From contig JBGARE010000001.1 of NCBI GenBank assembly GCA_044230415.1, positions 433,195-497,194 of the forward strand: DNA of 64,000 nt, given 5' to 3'. Below are positions 38,265 through 46,832 of the stretch, in pieces. This DNA is from Kofleriaceae bacterium. Lineage in GTDB: Bacteria > Myxococcota_A > Polyangia > Haliangiales > Haliangiaceae. Within the stretch, counting starts at the first letter, position 1, and every line of letters starts with the position of its first letter. The translations under genes were made by a program, and so were the position numbers. The notes beneath the pieces are model-generated. The model saw nothing but the letters and a program-made list of their open reading frames with translations. It was not told where the DNA came from and ran no database searches.

Positions 38265-40129
38265 ACCGACCAGCGGCGCACCTTGACGACGTCGGGCAGC
38301 GCCTTCGACGTGTACTCGAGCTCCTCGACCGTCCCGTTCTGGGCCGCGATCAACTCGGGCACGCCGCTCGCGCGGTAGGTGCTCTCGCTCATCGCGATCT
38401 GGTACCCCTCGGCGAGCGCTTGCAGCTTCGCGGCGATGTTGACCGTACCGCCGAAAAAGTCGGCGTTCGCGTTGAGGCGCACGGCGATGCACGGGCCGGT
38501 GTTCAACGAGATGCGCAGGCGGATCGGCGTGTCCGCGCGCTCCGGGTGAAACGCTTGGTGGATCCGGTGCGACGCGCGCACGGCGTCGACGGGGTTTCCG
38601 AACGTCGCCATCACCGCGTCGCCGATCGTCTTCACCACCGCGCCGCGGCAGTCCGCGACGATCGCGAAGACCTCGTCGAAGTGCCTCTTGATCTCGATGA
38701 ACGCGGCGGGGTCACCGCGCGACGCGTAGAACGCCGTCGACCCGACGACATCGGTGAACAAGAGCGTCTGCTCGCCGACGCCGAGGCGAACATCCGCGCC
38801 GATGTACTCCGCGCTGAACAGATCGCGGAAGTCCTGGAACGAGAGCAGCTTGCCGGCCCGCAGCGCGTGATCGCTCCACTTCGCTTCTTCGATCTGGAAC
38901 TGCGCGGCCGCATCGCCCTGGTTGGAGAGCTCGATCGTCGAGGACGATCGCGCTTTCACGATCGTTCCTTCGGGCAGCAGCTTCCACGTCACCGTGTCCG
39001 CGCCGTCGTCGCCGATATCGAGGTACCAGCCGCCGTCGTGATCGCGCCACACGACATAGCGACCGGGCGCGAGGTTCGGCGTGATCGTCACGGTCTCGCC
39101 GGCGGGTACGTCGACCTGCACGCGAACGTGATCCTTCTTCGCGGGCTCGGCGCTGCAGTACACGACATCGGGCACGTCGCGGATCGACGAGTGGACGTGG
39201 AACGTGACCTCGACGGTCTCGACCCTGTCCGTCGTGAAGTCGACGTCGCATGCATCGCAGTGCGCGTGCGTCGTCAGCGACGACAACGTCTCGAGCTCGT
39301 CGCGCACGCCGCGGCAGTGCGGGCACACGGTGTCCCATGACATGCGCAACAGGCCCTGTCGCGTCGCATGCAGCGCGACGCGCAACAGATCGTCCTCGGG
39401 CAACTTCCACACGCGCGCGCGCTCGCGGATCTGGATGCGATGCAGCTCGGTGTCATCGCCGGTGCGGATCCACTCGATCAGCGCGTCGACGCTCTCGGCG
39501 GGCAAGCCTTCGGCGACGAGCGCCGCGCGTTGCGCATCGAGGCGGGCCCGCGCGTCCTCGGTCAGCGTCGGCGGCGGGAGCATCAGCGCTTCGGGACGCA
39601 GGCGATCGAGTTGCTGCGCGAGCGCGGGGACCACGCGGCGATACGCGCGCTCGATCGTCGGAAACCCGAGCCGGATCGCCGCCGAGCCGAACGCTCCGCG
39701 CGGCACCGCGCCGAAGTAGAGATAGAGGCGGCATCCCGTCGGCGTCGGATCGACGCGGTGGATCGCGTACATCACCTTCATGAAGCCGCGCTCGTACACG
39801 CGCGTGCACGTGAGCCACTGATTCGAGACCCAGTTCCACGGAATCTCGCACCACTCGTGGCGCACGCCGCCGGGCTTCGCGCTTCCCCAGCGCTTGCCGT
39901 CGCGCTCCTCGAACATCATCGCCGCGGTTCCGAGAGCGCGGTTCATGCGCGAGGTGTCGGCGATGTGCGGCCAGATCGCATCGGCGGTGCACGGGAGGTC
40001 GAACGTCCACAACCGCTGGATCCGCTTCTCCTTCGCGTACTGCGTCGGATACGGATGAAGCGCCAACAGCTCGTCGACGGTGAGCGCCGCGCTACCGTTC
40101 CCTGCTAAGGTCGACTTCGAGGTCGCCAT
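38252..40129 (-). CDS. Class III adenylate/guanylate cyclase with an N-terminal SRPBCC-like domain and a Cys-rich (CxxC...CxxC) middle domain
   Basis: The C-terminal catalytic domain reads TLLFTDVVGSTAFYASRGDP...VVKTIGDAVMATFG...RISLNTGPCIAV...FGGTVNIAAKL. The middle has CPHCRGV...HCDACDV. The start is uncertain. An ATG at 40129 would overlap the divergent ATG at 40128 of the next gene, so the true start may be an internal TTG or ATG downstream, for example around 40066 or 39946. Confidence 0.8.
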   Translation of the reverse strand: MATSKSTLAGNGSAALTVDELLALHPYPTQYAKEKRIQRLWTFDLPCTADAIWPHIADTSRMNRALGTAAMMFEERDGKRWGSAKPGGVRHEWCEIPWNWVSNQWLTCTRVYERGFMKVMYAIHRVDPTPTGCRLYLYFGAVPRGAFGSAAIRLGFPTIERAYRRVVPALAQQLDRLRPEALMLPPPTLTEDARARLDAQRAALVAEGLPAESVDALIEWIRTGDDTELHRIQIRERARVWKLPEDDLLRVALHATRQGLLRMSWDTVCPHCRGVRDELETLSSLTTHAHCDACDVDFTTDRVETVEVTFHVHSSIRDVPDVVYCSAEPAKKDHVRVQVDVPAGETVTITPNLAPGRYVVWRDHDGGWYLDIGDDGADTVTWKLLPEGTIVKARSSSTIELSNQGDAAAQFQIEEAKWSDHALRAGKLLSFQDFRDLFSAEYIGADVRLGVGEQTLLFTDVVGSTAFYASRGDPAAFIEIKRHFDEVFAIVADCRGAVVKTIGDAVMATFGNPVDAVRASHRIHQAFHPERADTPIRLRISLNTGPCIAVRLNANADFFGGTVNIAAKLQALAEGYQIAMSESTYRASGVPELIAAQNGTVEELEYTSKALPDVVKVRRWSVYSG

Positions 40130-42260
40130 GCCCACGACAGTGTATCGCAGCTGTCCGCTCTGCGAAGCGACCTGCGGAGTCGCCATCGAGCTCGACGGAC
40201 ACAAAGTCGTCAGCGTGCGCGGTGATGACGCCGATCCCTTCAGCAAGGGCTACATCTGCCCGAAGGGGACGGCGCTCGCCGACCTGCACGAGGACCCCGA
40301 TCGTCTTCGCCGCCCGATGCGGCGCGAGGGCTCGACGTGGATCGAGATGGAGTGGGAGGAGGCGTTCGACCTCGTCGGTACGAAGCTCGCCAACATCCGA
40401 CGCGCGTACGGCCGCGACTCGATCGCCGTCTATCAGGGCAACCCGACCGCACACAACCTCGGCCTCCTCACGTACGGCCAGCTGCTGCTGCGCTCGCTCG
40501 GGACGAAGAACATCTACTCGGCGACCTCGCTCGATCAGCTGCCGCACATGCTCGCGGCGCTGCAGATGTTCGGCAACCAGCTGCTGATGCCGGTGCCCGA
40601 TCTCGACCGCACGGATCTCATGATCTGCCTCGGCGCGAATCCGCTCGCGTCGAACGGAAGCATCATGACGGCGCCCGACATGCGCGCGCGCCTCAAGGCG
40701 ATCCGCGATCGCGGCGGTCAGGTCATCGTCCTCGATCCTCGTCGCACTGAAACCGCGGAGAAGGCCGATCGCCACCTGTTCATCCGCCCGGGGACCGACG
40801 CGGTGCTTCTCCTCGCGATGGCGAACGTGATCTTCGCCGACGGTGTCCGGCCCACGCGCGTCCCGCTCACCGGCGTCGACGAGCTGCGCACCGCCGCGTC
40901 GGCGTGGACACCCGAGCGCGCCGCCGCGATCACGGGCATCACCGCCGACGACATTCGCGAGCTCGCGCGCAAGCTCGCCTCCACACAGCGCGCGGTGCTC
41001 TACGGACGCCTCGGCGTGTGCACGCAGGAGTTCGGCGGTCTCGCCGCGTGGCTGTGTTACGCGCTGAACGCGCTGACCGGCCACCTCGACGAGCCGGGCG
41101 GCCTCATGTTCACGACGCCGGCCGTGGATCCGGTGCCGCTCGCCGCGATGCTCGGCTTCGACGGTGGCTTCGCGCGGTGGAAGTCGCGCGTCAGCGGTAA
41201 GCCCGAGTTCGGCGGAGAGCTGCCGATGACCGCGCTCGCCGAGGAGATCGAGACAGCGGGCAACGGCGAAGAGAAGATCCAGATCCGCGCGCTGATCACG
41301 AGCGCCGGCAATCCCGTGCTGTCCGCCCCCGGCGGCCCGCGTCTCGAGAAGGCGTTCCAGACGCTCGACTTCATGGTGTCGATCGATCCGTACCTCAACG
41401 AGACCACGCGCCTCGCGAACGTGATCCTCCCGCCGACCTCGGTGCTCGAGCGCTCGCACTACGATGTCGCGCTCAACGCGTTCGCCGTGCGCAACATCGC
41501 GAAATACTCGCCGCCCACGTTCGAGCGCTCGGCCGACACGCGCCACGACTGGGAGATCTGTCTCGCGCTGTGGCGTCGCGTCGGTCTGCCGAATCGCCTG
41601 GGCCCCGGCGCGAAGCTGATCGAGAAGCTCGCAAGCTCGCTCGGTCCCGAGGCCGTCATCGACGCGGGCCTGCGCACCGGCCCGTACGGCATGTTCCGCG
41701 GTGGCCTCTCGATCGCGAAGCTGCGCAAGAACCCGCACGGCATCGATCTCGGTGCACTCGAGCCGCGCTTGCCCGCGCGCCTGAACACCAAGGACAAGCG
41801 CGTCCACCTCGCGCCGGCGATCTACCTCGCCGATCTCGCGCGCCTCGAGGCGCGCATGGGCCGCGCGGCGAACGGCCTCGTCCTCATCGGTCGGCGCCAC
41901 CTGCGCAGCAACAACTCGTGGATGCACAACAGCGAGCGCCTCGTGAAAGGCCCGGATCGCTGCACCGTGATGATGCACCCCACCGACGCCGCGGCGCGCT
42001 CGCTCACCGACGGTGCGGTCGCGCGCGTCTCGACGAAGACCGGCGCGATCGAGCTGTCCGTGGAGGTCACCGACACGATGATGCCGGGCGTGGTCTCGGT
42101 GCCGCACGGCTGGGGCCACACGCGCAAAGGCTCGCGCCTCCGCGTCGCCGAGTCCGTCCCCGGCGCATCGGTGAACGACATCGTCGATCCATCGCTGATC
42201 GACGAGCTCTCGGGCACGAGCGCGCTGACCGGTCAGCCCGTCGAGGTGCGTGCCAAGTGA
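40128..42260 (+). CDS. Molybdopterin-dependent oxidoreductase (MopB family; NasA/NarB- or FdhF-like catalytic subunit)
   Basis: The N-terminal 4Fe-4S motif CPLCEATCG...C directly follows the start MPTTVYRS. The roughly 710-aa length is typical. Mo-bisPGD domain blocks are present (VIVLDPRRTETA, ICLGANP) together with a C-terminal beta-barrel domain. Confidence 0.85.
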   Translation: MPTTVYRSCPLCEATCGVAIELDGHKVVSVRGDDADPFSKGYICPKGTALADLHEDPDRLRRPMRREGSTWIEMEWEEAFDLVGTKLANIRRAYGRDSIAVYQGNPTAHNLGLLTYGQLLLRSLGTKNIYSATSLDQLPHMLAALQMFGNQLLMPVPDLDRTDLMICLGANPLASNGSIMTAPDMRARLKAIRDRGGQVIVLDPRRTETAEKADRHLFIRPGTDAVLLLAMANVIFADGVRPTRVPLTGVDELRTAASAWTPERAAAITGITADDIRELARKLASTQRAVLYGRLGVCTQEFGGLAAWLCYALNALTGHLDEPGGLMFTTPAVDPVPLAAMLGFDGGFARWKSRVSGKPEFGGELPMTALAEEIETAGNGEEKIQIRALITSAGNPVLSAPGGPRLEKAFQTLDFMVSIDPYLNETTRLANVILPPTSVLERSHYDVALNAFAVRNIAKYSPPTFERSADTRHDWEICLALWRRVGLPNRLGPGAKLIEKLASSLGPEAVIDAGLRTGPYGMFRGGLSIAKLRKNPHGIDLGALEPRLPARLNTKDKRVHLAPAIYLADLARLEARMGRAANGLVLIGRRHLRSNNSWMHNSERLVKGPDRCTVMMHPTDAAARSLTDGAVARVSTKTGAIELSVEVTDTMMPGVVSVPHGWGHTRKGSRLRVAESVPGASVNDIVDPSLIDELSGTSALTGQPVEVRAK

Positions 42261-42709
42261 CCGCGCTGTACGACAAGATCGGCGCCGACAAGCTGCGCGC
42301 CGTGATCGCCGACTTCTACGATCGCGTGTTCAAGGACGTGATGATCGGCTTCATGTTCCAGGGCAAAGACAAGCAGCACCTGATCGATCGCGAGTGGGAG
42401 TTCGCGGCGAACTTCCTCGGCGCGCCCGACGTGAAGTACACGGGCCGCCCGCTGCGCACCGCGCACGCGAACCACACGATCTTCGGCGGGCACTTCGAGC
42501 GCCGCTTGCAGATCCTGCGCGAGGCGATGCGCGACCACGATGTCGACGCCGACGTGCAGCGATCGTGGATCGATCACACGAACGCGCTGCGCGCGCAGAT
42601 CACGCGCGACAAGGGCAGCGAGTGCAAAGACACGGGCGAAGCGCGCCCGAAGCTCGCGATCGCGAAGCCCGACGAGCCCGACAAGCCGATCAAGCTCGGT
42701 CGCCGCTAA
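42257..42709 (+). CDS. Truncated haemoglobin (2/2 Hb, group I/trHbN-like)
   Basis: The GTG start overlaps the upstream TGA as GTGA. The sequence LYDKIGADKLRAVIADFYDRVFKD...FQGKDKQHLIDREWEFAANFLGAPDVKYTGRPLRTAHANHTIFGGHFERRLQILREAM matches the trHb fold, including the proximal His in the F-helix region and the Y/Q distal site. The length is 150 aa. Confidence 0.75.
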   Translation: MTALYDKIGADKLRAVIADFYDRVFKDVMIGFMFQGKDKQHLIDREWEFAANFLGAPDVKYTGRPLRTAHANHTIFGGHFERRLQILREAMRDHDVDADVQRSWIDHTNALRAQITRDKGSECKDTGEARPKLAIAKPDEPDKPIKLGRR

Positions 42710-42912
42710 GGCGCCGGCGCGGGCTTGGGCTTGTTCACTTCGTAGAGCGCGTGCATCTCTTTGGACATCGTCGCGATCTGCGCCTCGAGATTCGCGATTC
42801 GCTTCTCGAGCGCCTCGATCTTCACCGAGTTGCGTTTGCCGCGCGGACGCATCTCCGCACCTGCTGCACACCCGATCGCCATCACGCACAACACCGCAGC
42901 CACCTTCCGCAT
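42706..42912 (-). CDS. Small coiled-coil lipoprotein (68 aa)
   Basis: MRKVAAVLCVMAIGCAAG gives a signal peptide with lipobox AIGC. A heptad-like helix follows (IEALEKRIANLEAQIATMSKEMHALYE). A GAGG RBS sits about 13 nt upstream. The gene is short, so confidence is limited. Confidence 0.4.
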   Translation of the reverse strand: MRKVAAVLCVMAIGCAAGAEMRPRGKRNSVKIEALEKRIANLEAQIATMSKEMHALYEVNKPKPAPAP

Positions 42913-42985
42913 GCCCTCACGATCCTCAGTAGGGGTTCTTCACCGAACGGCGAGCCCGTCGCACGCACCGCGCCGAGATATCGAA

Positions 42986-43140
42986 CCAGATCTCTGGGCA
43001 TTGCGCCGTGCGAGCCGGGTACCGCCCGAGCGCCCAGAACCCAGATCTACACGGAGTACACGGAGCCCACAGAGGTCAGAGGAGGACCTTTTTCGCTTCG
43101 CGAAGAAACGACTCGCACAGACCTCTGGGCATTGCGCCGT
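42986..43140 (+). repeat. Two 23-nt direct repeats with one mismatch, CAGA(T/C)CTCTGGGCATTGCGCCGT, 132 bp apart in the 296-bp intergenic region; they flank a hairpin plus T-tract
   Basis: Copy 1 is at 42986..43008 and copy 2 at 43118..43140. Between them lie a stem-loop and a 10-bp palindrome, CTTCGCGAAG, at 43096..43105. Confidence 0.5.
43072..43093 (+). terminator. Rho-independent-terminator-like hairpin GAGGTC-agaggag-GACCTT followed by TTTT on the + strand
   Basis: The stem is 5–6 bp with only moderate GC, the loop is 7 nt, and the U-tract is ttttt. No annotated + strand gene ends immediately upstream, so it could terminate an unannotated small transcript. Confidence 0.3.
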
Positions 43141-43207
43141 AACGGGAGCGAACGACTGGTTGTTCAGGAAACCACACACAACGCCGCACCCAGCGCATGC
43201 CGTCACC

Positions 43208-44050
43208 TCAGTACGGGTTCGGCTTCTCGGTCGTGACCTTGTCGTACCACTCGCCGATGCGCGTGCCGCTCGCCTTCGCCTTCTTCCAAGCATCGCGCTC
43301 GTCGCGAATGATGCTGTTGAAGTTCTCGATCGGCTGCGCGCCCGACAGCGGCCGGCCGTTGATCCAGAACACGGGGACCGCACCTTGGCCGTGCGCTTGG
43401 AACATCGCGATGTCGCGTTGCTGCGCGGCTTCGCAGGTGGGGAGGTCGCGATCGTACTGCTTGAGGTTCAAGCGCAACGCGCGCGCGATCTCGCGAGCCT
43501 CGCCGTCGGGGATCTCGCGCAAGCCCATCTGCTGACCCGTGGTCGGATCGGGTTGCGACGACGCGTCGTAGAGGGCAGCCTCCATGCGATCGAGCTCGCC
43601 TTGCATGCCGGCGGCGCACGCGGCGATCGACGAGCGCGTGTGTCGGGGATGCACCACGAAGTTCTTCACGACGAGCCGCACGTCTTTGTTGTCCTTCAGG
43701 AGCTGCATCAACGTCGGCCACGCTCTGTGCGTGTACGGCTCGGGGAACTGGAGTGCGGCGACGATCGTGACCGGTGCTGGCGACGGTCCCATCGACGGGC
43801 TGTCGTCGAGCGGCACGCGGTAGTGCCGCTGTGAATCGAGCTGCGGGCGCGACGGACGCATCGGTGGCGGTGCGGTCTTCGCCAGCTTTGCCTTCGCATC
43901 GGCGAGCTCGCGCTCGAGGTCCGCGACCTTCTGTTCGAGCTCGCGGATGCGCTGGGCGTCGCTCTTCACGAGAGGAGCCGCGCGCTCCGCGATCGCGGTG
44001 GCGGGTCCGGATGCAACGAGCGCGAGTGCGATGGGTAGCAGGAATCGCAT
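43208..44050 (-). CDS. DsbA-like thioredoxin-fold periplasmic protein lacking the catalytic CxxC (pseudo-oxidoreductase), with an N-terminal signal peptide and coiled coil
   Basis: The signal peptide is MRFLLPIALALVASGPATAIA. It is followed by the coiled coil IRELEQKVADLERELADAKAKL. The thioredoxin fold has a cis-Pro loop (GAVPVFWINGRPLSG), but the active-site position reads ALQFPEPYTHRAW, where EPYT replaces the expected CPHC. Confidence 0.7.
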   Translation of the reverse strand: MRFLLPIALALVASGPATAIAERAAPLVKSDAQRIRELEQKVADLERELADAKAKLAKTAPPPMRPSRPQLDSQRHYRVPLDDSPSMGPSPAPVTIVAALQFPEPYTHRAWPTLMQLLKDNKDVRLVVKNFVVHPRHTRSSIAACAAGMQGELDRMEAALYDASSQPDPTTGQQMGLREIPDGEAREIARALRLNLKQYDRDLPTCEAAQQRDIAMFQAHGQGAVPVFWINGRPLSGAQPIENFNSIIRDERDAWKKAKASGTRIGEWYDKVTTEKPNPY

Positions 44051-44068
44051 GGTCCCGAGCATGCGCGA

Positions 44069-45772
44069 TCAGGTGCGCCGCTGCCACGCACGCGAGGCGA
44101 AGATGATGACCTCGATGGCGAGCGTGAGAGCGAACGTGACCGCGGCGCAGGCGACGGCGACTTCGACCGCGGGGATCATCACGAGCCACACGGGACCGGG
44201 CAGGGTGACGTACGGCGGCGGATAGAACGCCCACGCGAGGCCGGCGGGGAGCATCGCGAGGAGGAGACCGACCCACGCGATGCCATTCGCGCTCGCGAGG
44301 CGATCCGCGAGCGTCGGCTTGTTGCGAAGCGCCCACAGGTTCGCGAGGAGCTGGACGACGGTCGCGGCGAGACCGTAGCGAACGAGCGTGCCGGCGAGGT
44401 GACCTTGCGCGGGCAGGAGCGACGGCGAGAAGTGTTGGCCGAGGAGGCCGATCAGCGCGTAGTACACGATGAAGAACGCGGGCACCGTCACGAGCAGCAC
44501 GCGGAGATCGAAGTGCAGCACGCGACGACGGCGCAGCATGACCGCGACGATGATCGCGAGGAGCGCCGCGCCACCGACGAGGCCGAAGCGAGCCGCGCGA
44601 TGCGCGAGGACGGCGACGGCGGCGCGCGCCTCGGCGGCGGCGACGATCGCGGTGCTCGCGGTGAGGCGCGCGTTGTCCGCGGCGACGCGGCGCGCGGCAT
44701 CGTCGGGCGAGAGCGAGAGGATCTCGACCAGCGTGCGACCGAGGCCGTGACCCGGCGCGGGCATGCCGAGCAAGCTGGAGACGGTGGGCGAGACGTCGAT
44801 CAAGCGCGCGTCGCGCGGCGCCGCGCCGGGGACGATGCCGGCACCCGCCGCGATCAGCGGGACCGCGACGACCTCGGGCTCGACGCCTCCGTGACCGCCG
44901 CGCGCCGTGTGGCCGTGATCCGCGACGACGATGATCGTGTCCTGCGTCAGGTCCACGCGGCCGAGTGCGCGGGCGAGCGCGCGATCCGCGCCTTCGCTCG
45001 CGATGCGGTACTCCTCGCTCGCCGCGCCGTGCGCGTGACCCGCGGCGTCGACCGCACCGACGAGCAGGACGACGAGCTCCGCGGTGCCCGCGGCGACGGC
45101 GGCGCCCGCTTCGCTGAAGCCACCTGGCCACGGCGCGTAGCGCGCGTCGTCGAATGGAGACACGAGGTCGGCGTCGGGGGCGCGCACGCCGGCGGCCGCG
45201 TCGTCGATCTCGATCGAGCCGGCCTCCGCTTCGGCGTCGTCCATCGCCTCCGGTGGGATCGGCGCGCGCGCATCGCCGCGGCGGCGCAGGAACAGGCGCG
45301 GCAACACGTCGTAGTCCGTGGCGCTCGCGACGCCGAGCTTCGCCGCGTGCGCGCGATCCATCAGCGAATCGAGCTGCACCGGCGTCCCGTGATGGTTCGT
45401 GCGCACGCCGCTCGCCATCGGTGGCACGCCCGTCAGGATCGACACGTAGTTCGGTCGCGACCACGTCGGGTAGTGCGAGCTCGCTTCGGCATCCACGCCG
45501 CGGCGGCGAAGCTCGTCGAGAAACGGCAGCTCGTAGCTGCGATCGAGCGAGAGGCCATCGACGATCACGAGGAACACGCGACGCGCCAAGCGCGGCGTGT
45601 GCGCATCGGGGACCACCGGCTCGGTGCGTGCGAGCGCGGGCGTGACCTGCTCGAGATCGAACATGAACGAGCCACCCGCATCGGCCGCTTGGATCGCGCC
45701 GATCGTGCCGACGACGAGCAGGCCCAGCGCGGCGGCGACCACGCGTCCTGTCGATGCCGTCGTCGCCGCCAT
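44069..45772 (-). CDS. Alkaline-phosphatase-superfamily enzyme (type I phosphodiesterase/nucleotide pyrophosphatase-like) with a C-terminal polytopic membrane domain
   Basis: The N-terminal catalytic core reads VIVDGLSLDR...HYPTWSRPNYVSILTGVPPMASGVRTNHHG...VVLLVGAVDAAGHAHG...IIVVADHGHTARGGHGG, with metal-binding Asp/His clusters. It is followed by at least 6 TM helices. The refined start is MAATTASTGRVVAAALGLLVVG. Confidence 0.75.
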   Translation of the reverse strand: MAATTASTGRVVAAALGLLVVGTIGAIQAADAGGSFMFDLEQVTPALARTEPVVPDAHTPRLARRVFLVIVDGLSLDRSYELPFLDELRRRGVDAEASSHYPTWSRPNYVSILTGVPPMASGVRTNHHGTPVQLDSLMDRAHAAKLGVASATDYDVLPRLFLRRRGDARAPIPPEAMDDAEAEAGSIEIDDAAAGVRAPDADLVSPFDDARYAPWPGGFSEAGAAVAAGTAELVVLLVGAVDAAGHAHGAASEEYRIASEGADRALARALGRVDLTQDTIIVVADHGHTARGGHGGVEPEVVAVPLIAAGAGIVPGAAPRDARLIDVSPTVSSLLGMPAPGHGLGRTLVEILSLSPDDAARRVAADNARLTASTAIVAAAEARAAVAVLAHRAARFGLVGGAALLAIIVAVMLRRRRVLHFDLRVLLVTVPAFFIVYYALIGLLGQHFSPSLLPAQGHLAGTLVRYGLAATVVQLLANLWALRNKPTLADRLASANGIAWVGLLLAMLPAGLAWAFYPPPYVTLPGPVWLVMIPAVEVAVACAAVTFALTLAIEVIIFASRAWQRRT

Positions 45773-45816
45773 TCCAGAGTGTAGCGCTCGCGCGCCGAGC
45801 GGCATAAGGTGCCTTC

Positions 45817-46677
45817 ATGAGGCGAATCGCGGCGATCTCGTGCTTGCTCCTGGGCTGCGGCGACGACGGCGGCAGCACCGGGGACAATCGCCCCACGACT
45901 CTCGGCACGGCCGACCGTCCCGTGGATCTGAAGATCCCCACGAACCTCGACGAGAGTCAGACGTATCCGCTCGTCATGGTGCTGCATGGCTACGGCGCGT
46001 CCGGGTTCGTCCAGCAGGCCTACTTCGGTGCGGGGCCGCTCGCGACATCGAGCGCCGCGTTCGTCATCTCGCCCGATGGCACCGTCGACTCGAGCGGCAA
46101 GCAGTTCTGGAACGCGGATCCCGCGTGCTGCGACTTCGGCGGCACGGGCGTCGACGATGTCGGCTACTTGGGCAAGATCCTCGACGATGCACTCGCGAGC
46201 GACTGGCCGATCGATCCGGACCGCGTCTTCGTGATCGGCCACTCGAACGGCGGGTTCATGTCGTATCGGATGGCGTGCGAGCGCGCGGACATCATCGCGG
46301 CGATCGCACCGCTCGCGGGCCTCGCGTCATCGCAGCCCGCGATGTGCACGCCGGAGCGTCCGGTCAACGTGCTGCACATGCATGGAACGGCCGACGGCAC
46401 CGTTCCATTCACGAGCGGCCCCACGGGCGCCGAAGCGAGCGCCGCGCAGTGGGCGCAGAAGAACGGCTGCGGCACGACGCGCACCGCGGGCGCCGATCTC
46501 GACCTCGAGAAGAACCTCGCGGGCGCCGAGACGCACACCGCGAGCTCGGACGGGTGCCCGGCCGGCGGAGCGGTCGAGCTGTGGTCGATCGAGGGCGCCA
46601 GCCACGTCCCGGTGTGGAACCCGACGTTCACGCAGACCTGGTTCGATTGGTTCCAGGCGCACGCCCGCACTCGGTGA
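45817..46677 (+). CDS. Lipoprotein esterase of the PHB-depolymerase/LpqC-like alpha/beta-hydrolase family
   Basis: MRRIAAISCLLLGCG has the lipobox LLGC. The nucleophile elbow is VFVIGHSNGG (G-x-S-x-G). VMVLHGYGASG precedes it and a His-containing HMHGTADGTVPF block follows. Confidence 0.75.
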   Translation: MRRIAAISCLLLGCGDDGGSTGDNRPTTLGTADRPVDLKIPTNLDESQTYPLVMVLHGYGASGFVQQAYFGAGPLATSSAAFVISPDGTVDSSGKQFWNADPACCDFGGTGVDDVGYLGKILDDALASDWPIDPDRVFVIGHSNGGFMSYRMACERADIIAAIAPLAGLASSQPAMCTPERPVNVLHMHGTADGTVPFTSGPTGAEASAAQWAQKNGCGTTRTAGADLDLEKNLAGAETHTASSDGCPAGGAVELWSIEGASHVPVWNPTFTQTWFDWFQAHARTR

Positions 46678-46770
46678 CCGCCGATTCATGATTGGCCTCG
46701 TGTGCTTGGCGTGATATCGAACCAGTATGTGGTACCTGGGCTCTGTCCCTCACCAACCGGACGTCGAGTA

Positions 46771-46789
46771 GCGCGAACACGTGTCGCGT
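46771..46789. promoter_or_regulatory. Near-perfect palindrome GCGCGAA-CACGTG-TCGCG centred on an E-box-like CACGTG, about 50 bp upstream of the kamA-family gene start, in a locally lower-GC intergenic region
   Basis: The sequence gcgcgaacacgtgtcgcgt was read directly. It lies within the 156-bp intergenic region 46678..46832, which is visibly less GC-rich than its surroundings (gttttctcttccgtgttgttgagacgtgagg). Confidence 0.35.
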
Positions 46790-46832
46790 CCCGTTCGTTT
46801 TCTCTTCCGTGTTGTTGAGACGTGAGGTTCCC

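Noticed and set aside
40092-42119. 675-aa minus-strand ORF opposite the molybdopterin oxidoreductase
   Set aside because: It is antisense to a CDS that carries the diagnostic N-terminal Cys cluster, and its own product is Arg/Ala-rich filler.
43203-45941. 912-aa minus-strand ORF spanning the DsbA-like and AlkP genes
   Set aside because: The translation is extremely Arg-rich (RRRARG...). It is out of frame with the two well-formed genes 43208..44050 and 44069..45772, which have signal peptides and catalytic motifs.
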